Below are positions 33,798 to 43,761 of a DNA stretch of 64,000 nt, one piece after another. The DNA lies in contig JBAYKW010000001.1 in assembly GCA_041664365.1 (NCBI GenBank), forward strand, positions 7,168 to 71,167, given 5' to 3'. A model generated the notes under the pieces. That model saw nothing but the letters and a program-made list of their open reading frames with translations, did not search any database and had not been told where the DNA came from. The stretch comes from Patescibacteria group bacterium. GTDB taxonomy: Bacteria > Patescibacteriota > Patescibacteriia > UM-FILTER-42-10. The position numbers and the translations under genes are program-made. How positions within the stretch are numbered: position 1 is the stretch's first letter; every line of letters starts with the position of its first letter.

Positions 33798-34340
33798 ATG
33801 GAAAAAGAAACCAAAAAACATGTTCGCCCGTCGTGGGATGATTATTTCATGGCGATTGCAAAAATTATCGGAACACGCAGTACTTGTGACCGCCTTTATC
33901 AAGGCGCTGTTTTGGTTAAAGACCGGAGAATTATTTCCACCGGCTATAACGGTTCGCCTCCCGGTCTGCCGCACTGTGATGATATAGGGCATCTAATGGA
34001 AGAGGGGCACTGCGTCAGAACCATTCACGGAGAACACAATGCTATTCTTCAGGCTGCCACAATTTCGGGAACAAATACTCAAGGGTCGATATTGTATATG
34101 AAATACAGCCCCTGCATACATTGCACAAAATATATTATTGCCGCTGGCATTAAAAAAGTTGTGATGGGAAAAGTATACCGCAATTCGAAAGTAGTGGATT
34201 TCCTTAAAGAAGCGGGGATTGAAGTGGAGGTCTATCAGGAAAATAAAGAATGGCAGGAACAATTGCAGGAAATATTTGCGGAAGAGATAGAAGTAATGAA
34301 ACCGGATGAGGGTGATGTGGAAATGAAAACCAAAAAATAA
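33798..34340 (+). CDS. dCMP deaminase (ComEB family)
   Basis: RPSWDDYFM, STGYNG, HGE, PCIHC zinc motifs. Confidence 0.92.
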   Translation: MEKETKKHVRPSWDDYFMAIAKIIGTRSTCDRLYQGAVLVKDRRIISTGYNGSPPGLPHCDDIGHLMEEGHCVRTIHGEHNAILQAATISGTNTQGSILYMKYSPCIHCTKYIIAAGIKKVVMGKVYRNSKVVDFLKEAGIEVEVYQENKEWQEQLQEIFAEEIEVMKPDEGDVEMKTKK

Positions 34341-34352
34341 TAGATTATCTAC

Positions 34353-34895
34353 ATGGACAGACAAGTTCTTGGATTCACAGGACTGATCGCAAGCGGAAAA
34401 GGTACCGCTTGCAAATATCTGAGCGAAAAATACGGAGCCGAAAGTTTCCGTTTTTCGACTATTCTGCGGGATGTGGCGGACCGGGTGTATTTACCGCAGA
34501 CCAGGGAAAACCTGCAGAATATTTCTCAAGTGCTGAGAGAAAACTTTTCCCAGGATATTTTATCGAAAGCAATCGCTGAGGATGTGAAAAAAGCCAAAGT
34601 AGATGTGATAGTAATTGACGGTGTCCGGCGTTGGACGGATATTGAACATCTGAAAGCGATCCCGGGATTCAAACTGGTCAGCCTGCAGGTAGATGCGAAA
34701 ACCCGTTATGAACGGCTCGTAAAAAGGGCGGAAAATCCTGGTGATGAATTAAAAACTTGGGAGGAATTTCAGAAAGACAGCGCAGCGGAAGCGGAAGTAC
34801 ATATTCAAGAAATGATTGAAAAAGCAGATGTGATTATTGATAATAACGGAACGATGGAAGATTTTAATAAACAATTAGATAATCTGCTCGGATGA
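34353..34895 (+). CDS. P-loop nucleoside-monophosphate or dephospho-CoA kinase-like protein
   Basis: GLIASGKGT, IDGVR, ADVIIDNNG. Confidence 0.8.
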   Translation: MDRQVLGFTGLIASGKGTACKYLSEKYGAESFRFSTILRDVADRVYLPQTRENLQNISQVLRENFSQDILSKAIAEDVKKAKVDVIVIDGVRRWTDIEHLKAIPGFKLVSLQVDAKTRYERLVKRAENPGDELKTWEEFQKDSAAEAEVHIQEMIEKADVIIDNNGTMEDFNKQLDNLLG

Positions 34896-35314
34896 AGATA
34901 AAAATAAAGCGACTACATCCGGATTTGCAGATCCCAAAGTACGCACACCCGGGCGATGCTGGAATGGATATTTATTCCTTGGAAGAGATAACATTAAAGC
35001 CGGGTAAAAGACATCATTTTAAAACCGGGTTTGCCCTGGAATTACCGGAAGGATACGTGGCATTGGTCTGGGATAAAAGCGGGCTGGCTTCAAAATACGG
35101 AATCACTAGTTTTGGCGGGGTGATTGAATATACTTATCGTGGTGAATACGGAGTAGTTTTATATAATGCCGGCGAGGAGGATTTTGTCATTAACAAGGGG
35201 GATAAAATCGCACAACTTTTAATTCAAAAAATTGAAACAGCGGAAATTGAGGAAGTGGATGAACTCTCTGAATCACCCAGGGGTGAAGGCGGATTTGGAA
35301 GTACGGGCAAGTAG
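34892..35314 (+). CDS. dut: Trimeric dUTPase
   Basis: AGMD, KSGLA, GVIEYTYRGE, IAQL, RGEGGFGSTG. Confidence 0.95.
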   Translation: MKIKIKRLHPDLQIPKYAHPGDAGMDIYSLEEITLKPGKRHHFKTGFALELPEGYVALVWDKSGLASKYGITSFGGVIEYTYRGEYGVVLYNAGEEDFVINKGDKIAQLLIQKIETAEIEEVDELSESPRGEGGFGSTGK

Positions 35315-35396
35315 ATTAGGGTTTAGGGATTAGGGAGTAGGTGGCGAGCTTGCTCGCCTTATAAATAAGAAGCATCAAGTTGAATTTTAGATAGTA

Positions 35397-36296
35397 ATGA
35401 AACAATATCTCGATTTATTACAAACGATTGTTGACAAGGGTGTCGATAAATCCGACCGCACCGGAACGGGAACGCGCAGTCATTTTGGCTATCAAATGCG
35501 GGTGAATCTACAGGACGGGTTCCCGCTTTTAACCACCAAAAAAATGTTTGTGAAAGGAATAATTCACGAACTGCTTTGGTTTCTAACCGGTGATACGAAT
35601 ATCAAATATCTGGTGGACCGAGGAGTAAAAATATGGAATGAATGGCCGTACGAAACATATAAGGCAAGTTCGGAATATCAGAATGAATCGCTGGACGAAT
35701 TTGTGGAAAAAATAAAATCAGAAACAAGTTTTGCGGAAAAATGGGGAGACTTAGGTCCGGTTTACGGCAAGCAGTGGATCCGCTGGGAAGCGCCGGACGG
35801 AACAAAAATCAACCAGATTCAGAACGCGGTGGATATGATTAAATCTAATCCGGATTCCAGAAGGATTCTGGTCAGCGGGTGGAACGTAGCGGATATCCAA
35901 AGTTTAGTTCAAGGTAAGAAATCTGCTCCGCCACTCTGCCATACCGTGTTTCAGTTTTACGTAGTAAACGGCAGATTATCCTGCCAGCTTTATCAGCGCA
36001 GTGCCGATGTATTTTTAGGCGTGCCTTTTAATATTGCCTCATATTCGCTACTCACGATGATGATGGCGCAGGTGACCGGACTTGAGTCGGGAGATTTCAT
36101 CCATACGTTCGGGGATGTACACATTTATAATAATCACATGGATCAGGTAAAACTCCAGCTTTCCCGCTCCCCGAAGAAACTTCCGGTGATGAAAATAAAT
36201 CCGGATGTTAAGGATATATTTCAATTTAAGTTTGAAGATTTTTCTCTAGAGGATTATGACCCGCATCCGAGGATTGTCGCCCAAATAGCTGTTTAG
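35397..36296 (+). CDS. thyA: Thymidylate synthase
   Basis: [42 protein letters not shown]. Confidence 0.97.
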   Translation: MKQYLDLLQTIVDKGVDKSDRTGTGTRSHFGYQMRVNLQDGFPLLTTKKMFVKGIIHELLWFLTGDTNIKYLVDRGVKIWNEWPYETYKASSEYQNESLDEFVEKIKSETSFAEKWGDLGPVYGKQWIRWEAPDGTKINQIQNAVDMIKSNPDSRRILVSGWNVADIQSLVQGKKSAPPLCHTVFQFYVVNGRLSCQLYQRSADVFLGVPFNIASYSLLTMMMAQVTGLESGDFIHTFGDVHIYNNHMDQVKLQLSRSPKKLPVMKINPDVKDIFQFKFEDFSLEDYDPHPRIVAQIAV

Positions 36297-36339
36297 GATG
36301 ACGGGAAGAAAAAAATATCTGAATCTTGATATAAAAATT

Positions 36340-36825
36340 ATGTCCAAGTCTCATATCAATATCATCTGCGCTTTATCCGAAAACCACGCCATCGGTCGGA
36401 ACGGCAAACTGTTATGGAGTATTCCGGAAGATCTAGCAAGGTTTAAAGAGATTACAACAGGACATCCGATAATTATGGGACGAAAAACCCATGAATCGAT
36501 CGGGAGACCATTGCCGAACCGTACAAATATCATCATATCGCGCAACCTGAAAGCGACTAAAGGCGGGTTCGTATCTTCATCTCTGGAAAATGCAATAGAA
36601 TTTGCATCGAAGCAGGAAGGCGGGGACGAAATATTTATAATCGGTGGTGGGGAGATTTACAAACAGGCACTGCCACTCGCGGATAAACTGTATCTGACTG
36701 TCGTTAAAGGCGATTATGATGGGGACACTTTTTTTCCTGATTATTCCGCATTTGAAAAAGTTACGGTGAAAGGTAACGGAAGGCACGAAAATTTTCAATT
36801 TACATTTTTAGAACTGGAAAAATAA
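36340..36825 (+). CDS. folA: Dihydrofolate reductase (probable start 36340)
   Basis: IG...W.IPEDL, IMGRKT, RPLPNR, IIGGGEIY, GDTFFP. Confidence 0.95.
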   Translation: MSKSHINIICALSENHAIGRNGKLLWSIPEDLARFKEITTGHPIIMGRKTHESIGRPLPNRTNIIISRNLKATKGGFVSSSLENAIEFASKQEGGDEIFIIGGGEIYKQALPLADKLYLTVVKGDYDGDTFFPDYSAFEKVTVKGNGRHENFQFTFLELEK

Positions 36826-37502
36826 TGTTAAAAGGCAAGCTGATTGTTTTAGACGGAACGGACGGGTCCGGTAAAAAGACCCAGACGGATTTATTGTTGG
36901 CGCGTTTAGAACAGGAGGGAATCGGCAAAGAATACGCGGATTTTCCGAGATACGGAAAGCGTTCCGCCGCGATGGTGGAGGATTATTTGAACGGAGAGTT
37001 CGGCAAAGCGGACGAAGTTAATCCTCACACGGCCTCGCTTTTTTACGCTTTGGACCGTTATGCTGCCAGTAAGGATTTATACAGAAGTCTAATTGATGGA
37101 AAGATTGTTATCGCCAACCGGTATGTATCATCCAATATGGGGCATCAGGGCGGAAAAATCAAAGATGATAAGGACAGAGAAAAGTATTTTGATTGGCTTG
37201 ATAACATGGAATATAACATGCTTGGAATTCCGAGGCCAAATGCTACAATTCTGCTTTATGTCCCGGCCAGAATCGCGCAAGGACTGGTTGCGAAAAAAGA
37301 AGCGAGGGAATATTTGAAAGGCAAAACGCATGATATTCATGAAGAGGATTTGAATCACCTAGAAAACGCGGAAAAAACCTATCTGGAAGCGGCAAAGAAA
37401 TACGGTTTTCAGATTGTGGAATGCGTGGAAAATGGCGAACTGCTTTCCCGCGATGCAATTCATGAAAAGGTGTGGGAAATAGTATCAGGATTGATCAAAT
37501 AG
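36825..37502 (+). CDS. tmk: Thymidylate kinase
   Basis: LDGTDGSGKKTQ, FPRY, FYALDR, NRYVSSN. Confidence 0.92.
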   Translation: MLKGKLIVLDGTDGSGKKTQTDLLLARLEQEGIGKEYADFPRYGKRSAAMVEDYLNGEFGKADEVNPHTASLFYALDRYAASKDLYRSLIDGKIVIANRYVSSNMGHQGGKIKDDKDREKYFDWLDNMEYNMLGIPRPNATILLYVPARIAQGLVAKKEAREYLKGKTHDIHEEDLNHLENAEKTYLEAAKKYGFQIVECVENGELLSRDAIHEKVWEIVSGLIK

Positions 37503-37697
37503 CCCCGGCGTGGGAGCGACTTGACAGATATTTCTAATATGCGCTAGTGTATAATTACATAGTAAGAAAATATTGGGCGGCCTAAAGGTCGTTTATTTTA
37601 TTTAGAGGAGGGTTTTCTAGATCACTAGCTGAGATTGTTTTGGCTGGTGATTTGGGGAATAGCCCTTTGACAATTGGCTCTGACGAAAGGGGAGATT

Positions 37698-38240
37698 ATG
37701 TACCGACTTGCGAGGATTTGCATGCTTGGTTGTGTGCTACTTTTACTGGTGACTGTCGATGCAAGCGCACAGTATGTGCTTGCCCGGTCAGTTGTCGGTG
37801 CAGGGCACGGACCTAGCACAAGCGGTCAATGGACGCTTCAAGCGTCACTTGGCCAGAGTGTTTCCAGTCGGGCAGGCGGGATGGTTTTTCTGGTCCACTT
37901 CGGTTACTGGAATGAGATCAGTGTCGTTTCCGGTGTTGATATCCCTCTGGTGCCGATGTCGACTTCACTTGACCAGAACTATCCCAATCCCTTCAACCCA
38001 GCTACGGTGATTCCATTCTCCATCGGAGGCAGCGAACCTGAGCAGGTTTCACTTCGCATCTACAACCTGCGCGGCGCTCTAGTGCGGGAACTGACCACGG
38101 GCTCTTGCCTCCCCGGATTCTACAAAATCCAGTGGGATGGTACTGATACCCAAGGGTTACAGGTTGCGACGGGCGTTTACTTCGTCCGGCTCGTGACAAA
38201 CCACGAAACCTTCAGCAGGAAACTCCTGCTGGTCAAGTAA
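37698..38240 (+). CDS. Secreted protein with C-terminal FlgD-Ig/T9SS-sorting-like domain (probable start 37698)
   Basis: GGGGAG SD, signal peptide, LDQNYPNPFNP...IYNLRG..V...WDG.D..G..VATGVYF...KLLLVK. Confidence 0.85.
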   Translation: MYRLARICMLGCVLLLLVTVDASAQYVLARSVVGAGHGPSTSGQWTLQASLGQSVSSRAGGMVFLVHFGYWNEISVVSGVDIPLVPMSTSLDQNYPNPFNPATVIPFSIGGSEPEQVSLRIYNLRGALVRELTTGSCLPGFYKIQWDGTDTQGLQVATGVYFVRLVTNHETFSRKLLLVK

Positions 38241-38252
38241 GGGAGAAACGGA

Positions 38253-40499
38253 ATGAAGACATTCGGCATTCTTATGGTGGCACTGCTTGTGGCAGTCGCG
38301 GCACTTGCTGCCGTACCCGCGCAGGTGTCATACCAGGGACAGCTCACGAACGCCGGTGCTCCGGCTTCCGGCGAGCTCGTCTTTGCTTTCCGCATCTTTG
38401 ACCAGAACACTGCCGGATCACTCCTCTGGAGCGACACCGACACGCTGACCGTCACGAACGGTTTGTTCGATGCATACCTCGGCTCCAACACGCCTCTGCC
38501 GAAGGAAATTTTCACCGGAGCCGCGCTCTGGCTGGAGATCGACGTGGCGGGTGAAACTCTAGAGCCGCGCCAGCAGATCGTGACGGTTCCTTACGCCTTC
38601 CGTTCAGCCATGTCTGATACTGCGATCGTCGCGCTCAACGCGAGCGGTGGCGAGTCTCTGTGGGAGACGAACGGCACGGACGTGTACCGGCCGACGGGGA
38701 ATGTTGGGATTGGGACTAATAATCCCACAAGTAATCTGGATATTCGTGGGATTGTCCAAGTTGTTGATGAAGCATCTCCTGACACGAAGGACTATGCCAG
38801 TCTTGGTGTTACGAGGGCGAATGTCGCAACCAACAACAGCTACATTGGACTTACTAAGCAGTCAATTGTTCCCTGGGGCATTGGCATCAGCAGTACAGAA
38901 AAGTTCATTGTTGGCGTTGCATCAAGTAACCCGGCAAGGACGATTCCGGCTCCGCTTTTGACCATTGAACCTTTCACTGGTAACGTCGGCATCGGAACAA
39001 CAAGTCCGATACAAGAACTGGATGTGGCTGGAACGATTTATTCCAGCAAGGTGAAGTCCAATACTCCTCTGGATGATGAATTCTCCGGGAGTAACGGATA
39101 TTGGGGGCTGAGAACCGACACTTCCAACAGGTTCAACCTGGATGTCTATAATGGTGGTAGCCCCAAAGCGGCAATCACAGTTACAAACACTGGAGATGTC
39201 GGCATTGGGACGACGGTACCAGGAAGAAAATTAGATGTAAATGGACAAATCTACAGCTCTGTTGCGGCATCGGATATTATCAATTCCGGTGGTAACTTCT
39301 TGGGAAGCGGGGGATACTGGAGTTTTAGAACTGGAGTTGATAATCGAATGGGGTTAGATGTCTACAACGGAGGATCATCACTTGAAGCTCTAACTGTCTT
39401 ACAGAATGGCAAGGTCGGCATCGGGACCACTTCGCCGGCCTACACACTGGACGTCAACGGCACGATTCACGCCACGAACATCATCGCCGACAGCTTCGAC
39501 GACGGTGATTGGACGATCGGGAGTGGGGTGCTCTGGACGAACGACAAGGTCGGGATCAATCTGTCTTCACCGAGTTACCCGCTTCATGTTCAGGAGAGCA
39601 GTTCAGCAGACAACAAGCGAGCTGTTTACGGTAAAGAAACTGCGACTTCTGGTAACGTGTTCGGCGTTTACGGGGAGACTCTATCAAACGCAAGGAGTAC
39701 AACCGACACTCCGGAACGTTCGAGTGGCAGTGCAGCTGGGGTCTATGGACTCTCAAGCAGAACGGGTGCGGTCGGCGATGTGTTCGGAGTGCTTGGAGAA
39801 ATCCGGGGAGAAGGAGGGGATGGACCTACTCCGGACTTTGCTGCAGGAGTCTACGGCGTCAGCTATGCAACAACTGGCAAGTCAGCTGGTGTCATCGGTG
39901 ATTCCAAATCTGCAAGCAACTACGGTGCTGGCGTGTTCGGTGTCAACAGCTCCACCAGTGGAGCTACGCGGGGAGTGTGGGGCGAGGTACACTCACACGA
40001 TGGTGCTGGTGTTTATGGTCGCAATGTAGATGAAGATACGCACGTACTCTACACGGCAGGGTATTTCGAAGGAAACCTTGAAGTGCTCGGCACATCCACT
40101 ATGGCGGCCACACTCTATGTTCCGGACATCGCTCAGTACGCTGACACCAAGGACGGCATGGTGCAGTCCTACGGCATGACGTCGGCGTCGCCCATGGTTT
40201 CCGACCAGGGTTTCGCCGAACTGCGGAACGGCACTGTCCGGGTAACGCTGGATGACACGTTCTTTGAACTCATCTCCGAGACCGAGGAGCCGCATGTGCA
40301 GGTGACGCCTTACGGTCCGACCGGGCAATTGTGGGTGGAAACGCACACTGACGGTTTCACCATCCACGATCCCATCGGATCCTCCGCGAAGGTGGCGTAC
40401 ACCGTGACGGCGGTAAGACGCGGCAAGGAGGGAGTCCGTCTCGAACAAGTTGACCCGCAGACCTCGGAGCGTCTGAGGGAATTGGAATCCGCTCGGTAA
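38253..40499 (+). CDS. Secreted fibre/adhesin-like protein with GxVGIGT repeats
   Basis: Signal peptide, VSYQGQL...PRQQIVTVPYA N-domain, repeated G(N/D/K)VGIGT, glycine-rich GVxG repeats. Confidence 0.8.
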   Translation: MKTFGILMVALLVAVAALAAVPAQVSYQGQLTNAGAPASGELVFAFRIFDQNTAGSLLWSDTDTLTVTNGLFDAYLGSNTPLPKEIFTGAALWLEIDVAGETLEPRQQIVTVPYAFRSAMSDTAIVALNASGGESLWETNGTDVYRPTGNVGIGTNNPTSNLDIRGIVQVVDEASPDTKDYASLGVTRANVATNNSYIGLTKQSIVPWGIGISSTEKFIVGVASSNPARTIPAPLLTIEPFTGNVGIGTTSPIQELDVAGTIYSSKVKSNTPLDDEFSGSNGYWGLRTDTSNRFNLDVYNGGSPKAAITVTNTGDVGIGTTVPGRKLDVNGQIYSSVAASDIINSGGNFLGSGGYWSFRTGVDNRMGLDVYNGGSSLEALTVLQNGKVGIGTTSPAYTLDVNGTIHATNIIADSFDDGDWTIGSGVLWTNDKVGINLSSPSYPLHVQESSSADNKRAVYGKETATSGNVFGVYGETLSNARSTTDTPERSSGSAAGVYGLSSRTGAVGDVFGVLGEIRGEGGDGPTPDFAAGVYGVSYATTGKSAGVIGDSKSASNYGAGVFGVNSSTSGATRGVWGEVHSHDGAGVYGRNVDEDTHVLYTAGYFEGNLEVLGTSTMAATLYVPDIAQYADTKDGMVQSYGMTSASPMVSDQGFAELRNGTVRVTLDDTFFELISETEEPHVQVTPYGPTGQLWVETHTDGFTIHDPIGSSAKVAYTVTAVRRGKEGVRLEQVDPQTSERLRELESAR

Positions 40500-40599
40500 C
40501 ACGAGTGTGAGAATTGAACATAAGTGACATGCGTTTTCTGTACAACATGCATATGTTGGCCGGGGAGCGCATTTTTTTATTGAACAAAGTGTAATTAGT

Positions 40600-40660
40600 G
40601 TCATGCTGAATTTATTTCAATATCTATTAATGAGAGATTCTGAAATAAATTCAGAATGAC
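40600..40660. repeat. REP-like paired hairpins (GTCATGCTGAA...TTCAGAATGAC)
   Basis: Same family as 50469-50541. Confidence 0.65.
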
Positions 40661-40715
40661 GATTAGAAAATTGGTATTATTGAGCTTATTGGTGTGTATA
40701 TGATACAATTACCCC

Positions 40716-42212
40716 ATGAAACTGGAAACAATCATCGGTCTGGAAATACATGTACAGCTCAATACCAAGAGCAAGATGTTTTGCGCATGTTCCAATGACA
40801 GCGATCAAGCCAAGCCGAATACCAATGTCTGCTCAATCTGCATGGGACATCCCGGGACACTGCCGGTAACCAACCAGCAGGCGGCTGACCATGCCTTGCT
40901 CACTGCACTGGCGCTACACTGCAAGATAAATGAGTATTCCAAATTTGACCGGAAAAACTATTTTTACCCTGACTTGCCGAAAGGCTATCAGATTTCTCAG
41001 CTTGACCAGCCGGTCGGTGAGGACGGGCGCTTGATTATTACCATCGGTGAAGAGCGGAAACGCATCGGGATAACCCGCCTGCATATGGAGGAGGACGCGG
41101 CAAAGTTGATGCACCCCAACGATGCGGATTATAGTCTGGTGGATTTTAACCGCGCTGGTTCGCCACTTATTGAAATAGTCACAGAACCGGATATTAGGAC
41201 GCCGGCGGAAGCCAGAATATTTTTAGCTGACTTGAAACTGCTTTTAGAATACTTGGACATATCCGACGCTGACATGGAAAAGGGCAATTTGCGCTGTGAC
41301 GCGAATATTTCTCTCCGGCCGGAAGGTGACAGGAAATTTTATGCAAAGACGGAAATAAAAAACATGAACTCTTTCCGTGGTGTGGAAAGAGCGCTTATCT
41401 TTGAAATAGAAAGACAGTCCAAATTATGGGAAGCGGGTACTCCACCTGATAAGCTGATAACCAGGCGCTGGCTGGACGACCAGGGGATTACCAAAGAAGA
41501 GCGCAGTAAAGAGGAAGAACATGACTACCGGTATTTCCCCGAGCCGGATTTGGCGCCACTTCATTTTACTGAGGAATATGTCAGAAGTATTGAAACAAAA
41601 TTGCCGGAACTGCCGGATGAAAAAAGAAAAAGGTTCCATTTGGAATTGGGCACGACCTATTCTCAGGCGGTTACTCTGACTTATTCCCGGACAGTTGCTG
41701 ACTTTTTTGAAAACACAATTACTGAACTTAAAGCATGGGTAGCGAGCCAGGAAGACAAATCTGAATTGGATGAGGAGACGAAAAAGAAACTGGTGAAGAT
41801 GACAGTTAACTGGATCACTACAGAACTTTTCATGCTGATTAAAGAAAGCCAAATTGAACCTGAAAAAATCAAAGTAACACCGGAGAATATGGCCGAACTG
41901 GTTAAGATGGTTTATATGGAAGAAATAAACAGCAGTGCCGCGCAACAAGTTCTGAGGATAATGTTTGAAAAAGGTTCCGATCCTTCTCAGGTTGTTGAAG
42001 AAAAGAATTTGAAGCAGATGAATGATTCATCAGAGATTGAGCTGATTGTGAAAAAAATTGTTGAAACAAATGAAAAAGCTGTTATTGATTTTAAATCAGG
42101 AAATGATAAGGTACTGCAGTTTTTAGTAGGATTAGTAATGAAGGAAACTAAAGGGAAGGTCAATCCGAAAGTAGCCACCGAAATGCTGAAAAAGATTATG
42201 GGTCAGTTTTGA
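40716..42212 (+). CDS. gatB: Asp/Glu-tRNA amidotransferase subunit B
   Basis: IGLEIHVQL, FDRKNYFYPDLPKGYQISQ, LRCDANIS, YRYFPEPDL. Confidence 0.98.
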   Translation: MKLETIIGLEIHVQLNTKSKMFCACSNDSDQAKPNTNVCSICMGHPGTLPVTNQQAADHALLTALALHCKINEYSKFDRKNYFYPDLPKGYQISQLDQPVGEDGRLIITIGEERKRIGITRLHMEEDAAKLMHPNDADYSLVDFNRAGSPLIEIVTEPDIRTPAEARIFLADLKLLLEYLDISDADMEKGNLRCDANISLRPEGDRKFYAKTEIKNMNSFRGVERALIFEIERQSKLWEAGTPPDKLITRRWLDDQGITKEERSKEEEHDYRYFPEPDLAPLHFTEEYVRSIETKLPELPDEKRKRFHLELGTTYSQAVTLTYSRTVADFFENTITELKAWVASQEDKSELDEETKKKLVKMTVNWITTELFMLIKESQIEPEKIKVTPENMAELVKMVYMEEINSSAAQQVLRIMFEKGSDPSQVVEEKNLKQMNDSSEIELIVKKIVETNEKAVIDFKSGNDKVLQFLVGLVMKETKGKVNPKVATEMLKKIMGQF

Positions 42213-42251
42213 ATAGAAAAAAACTGTGGAAAACTCGGTATTAGATGGGGG

Positions 42252-42368
42252 TTTACAGGCGGTTTGATAACTGATACACTGCGATTGAAATGATTAACAA
42301 CCACACCGACAATTTGTTCCGAAAATATATTGCGCGGTGATTTATTCCCTGAAAAAGGGATTTTTTTT
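42252..42368 (+). promoter_or_regulatory. pyr operon promoter and attenuator (16-aa leader peptide plus terminator)
   Basis: TTTACA-17-TACACT; leader ORF 42290-42340; TCCCT-GAAAA-AGGGA followed by T8 before pyrB. Confidence 0.65.
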
Positions 42369-42384
42369 ATCCTAAGGAAACAAT

Positions 42385-43305
42385 ATGAACAAAATCAACT
42401 TCAAAAACAGGGACGTTATCTCAATCAGGGATTTTTCCAAGCAGGAAATCCTCCATGTACTGAAAAAAGCCAAAGAATTTAAAAGCTCACCAAAGACCGA
42501 CCTGCTCAAAGGAAAAATCATGGCCAGTTTGTTTTTTGAGCCGTCTACCAGAACCCGCTTCTCGTTTGAATCCGCGATGCAGCGGCTGGGGGGTTCCGTC
42601 ATAACTCTGGCTGACGCGAAAACCAGTTCTTCCGCGAAGGGCGAGTCGCTATCTGACTCTATCCGGATCGTGGAAAAGTACTGCGACGTTATCGTCATGC
42701 GCCATTCACTGGAAGGCGCGGCACGTCTGGCAGCGGATGTTTCGAATAATCCGATTTTAAACGGCGGTGACGGTGCCAATCAGCATCCGACCCAGACTTT
42801 CCTGGATCTGTTTTCCATACTGGAAACGCAAAAAAAACTGAATGGCTTAAATGTGGCGATGGTCGGAGATCTGAAATACGGACGCACAGTTCACTCTCTG
42901 GCGTATGCGCTGTCGCTGTTCAACTGCCGGCTGTACTTTATCTCACCGGAATCCCTAAAAATGCCAAAGCATGTATTAAATGAGATTAAAGAGAATAAAA
43001 CTAAATACTCCGAACATACCCGGCCGGAGGGGCTGATGCCGAAAATGGATATTTTCTACGCGACTCGTATCCAGAAAGAAAGATTTGCGGACGCGATGGA
43101 ATACGAAGAAGTGAAGGATGTTTACATCATCAATAATGAACTGCTGAAAAAGGTAAAAAAGAATTTCCGGATCCTGCACCCGCTGCCGAGAGTGAATGAG
43201 ATTAATTATGAAGTGGATGATACTCCTTACGCTTACTACTTTCAGCAAGCTTCCAACGGCCTTTGGGTACGCGAAGCACTTTTAGCCTTAACCTTAGGAA
43301 AATAA
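42385..43305 (+). CDS. pyrB: Aspartate carbamoyltransferase catalytic subunit
   Basis: FFEPSTRTR, HPTQ, GDLKYGRTVHS, HPLPR. Confidence 0.97.
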   Translation: MNKINFKNRDVISIRDFSKQEILHVLKKAKEFKSSPKTDLLKGKIMASLFFEPSTRTRFSFESAMQRLGGSVITLADAKTSSSAKGESLSDSIRIVEKYCDVIVMRHSLEGAARLAADVSNNPILNGGDGANQHPTQTFLDLFSILETQKKLNGLNVAMVGDLKYGRTVHSLAYALSLFNCRLYFISPESLKMPKHVLNEIKENKTKYSEHTRPEGLMPKMDIFYATRIQKERFADAMEYEEVKDVYIINNELLKKVKKNFRILHPLPRVNEINYEVDDTPYAYYFQQASNGLWVREALLALTLGK

Positions 43306-43308
43306 ACT

Positions 43309-43758
43309 ATGCGCGCCTATAAAGTTTACGCAATCAAAGACGGTACAGCAATTGACCACATCCCTTCGGGAAAGGGTATGGATGTGATTAATCTGCTGGG
43401 AGTTGCTAATGACCAGGACATTGTTACCCTGGGTATGCATTTCAACAGCAAAAGGAACAAGAAAAAGGATGTGGTGAAAATTGAAAACAGAGAACTCACA
43501 CCGGAGGAAGTTAGCAGATTGGCAATCGTTGCGCCAAATGCTACGATTAATATCATCCGGAATTTTGAAGTTGCAAAAAAGATTCCAATCAAAATCCCGG
43601 AACAAATAAACGGGATAATAAAATGCGGTAATCCGAATTGTGTCACCAACCACGAACCGGTGGTAACAAAATTCACGCTAGTCAAGGAAAAGCCGATTGA
43701 ATTGTACTGTTTCTTTTGCGAGCGGACGTTTGGGATAGATGAAATAACACTTGCCTGA
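43309..43758 (+). CDS. pyrI: Aspartate carbamoyltransferase regulatory subunit
   Basis: IKDGTAIDHIP, CGNPNC...CFFCE zinc site. Confidence 0.95.
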   Translation: MRAYKVYAIKDGTAIDHIPSGKGMDVINLLGVANDQDIVTLGMHFNSKRNKKKDVVKIENRELTPEEVSRLAIVAPNATINIIRNFEVAKKIPIKIPEQINGIIKCGNPNCVTNHEPVVTKFTLVKEKPIELYCFFCERTFGIDEITLA

Positions 43759-43761
43759 TTT

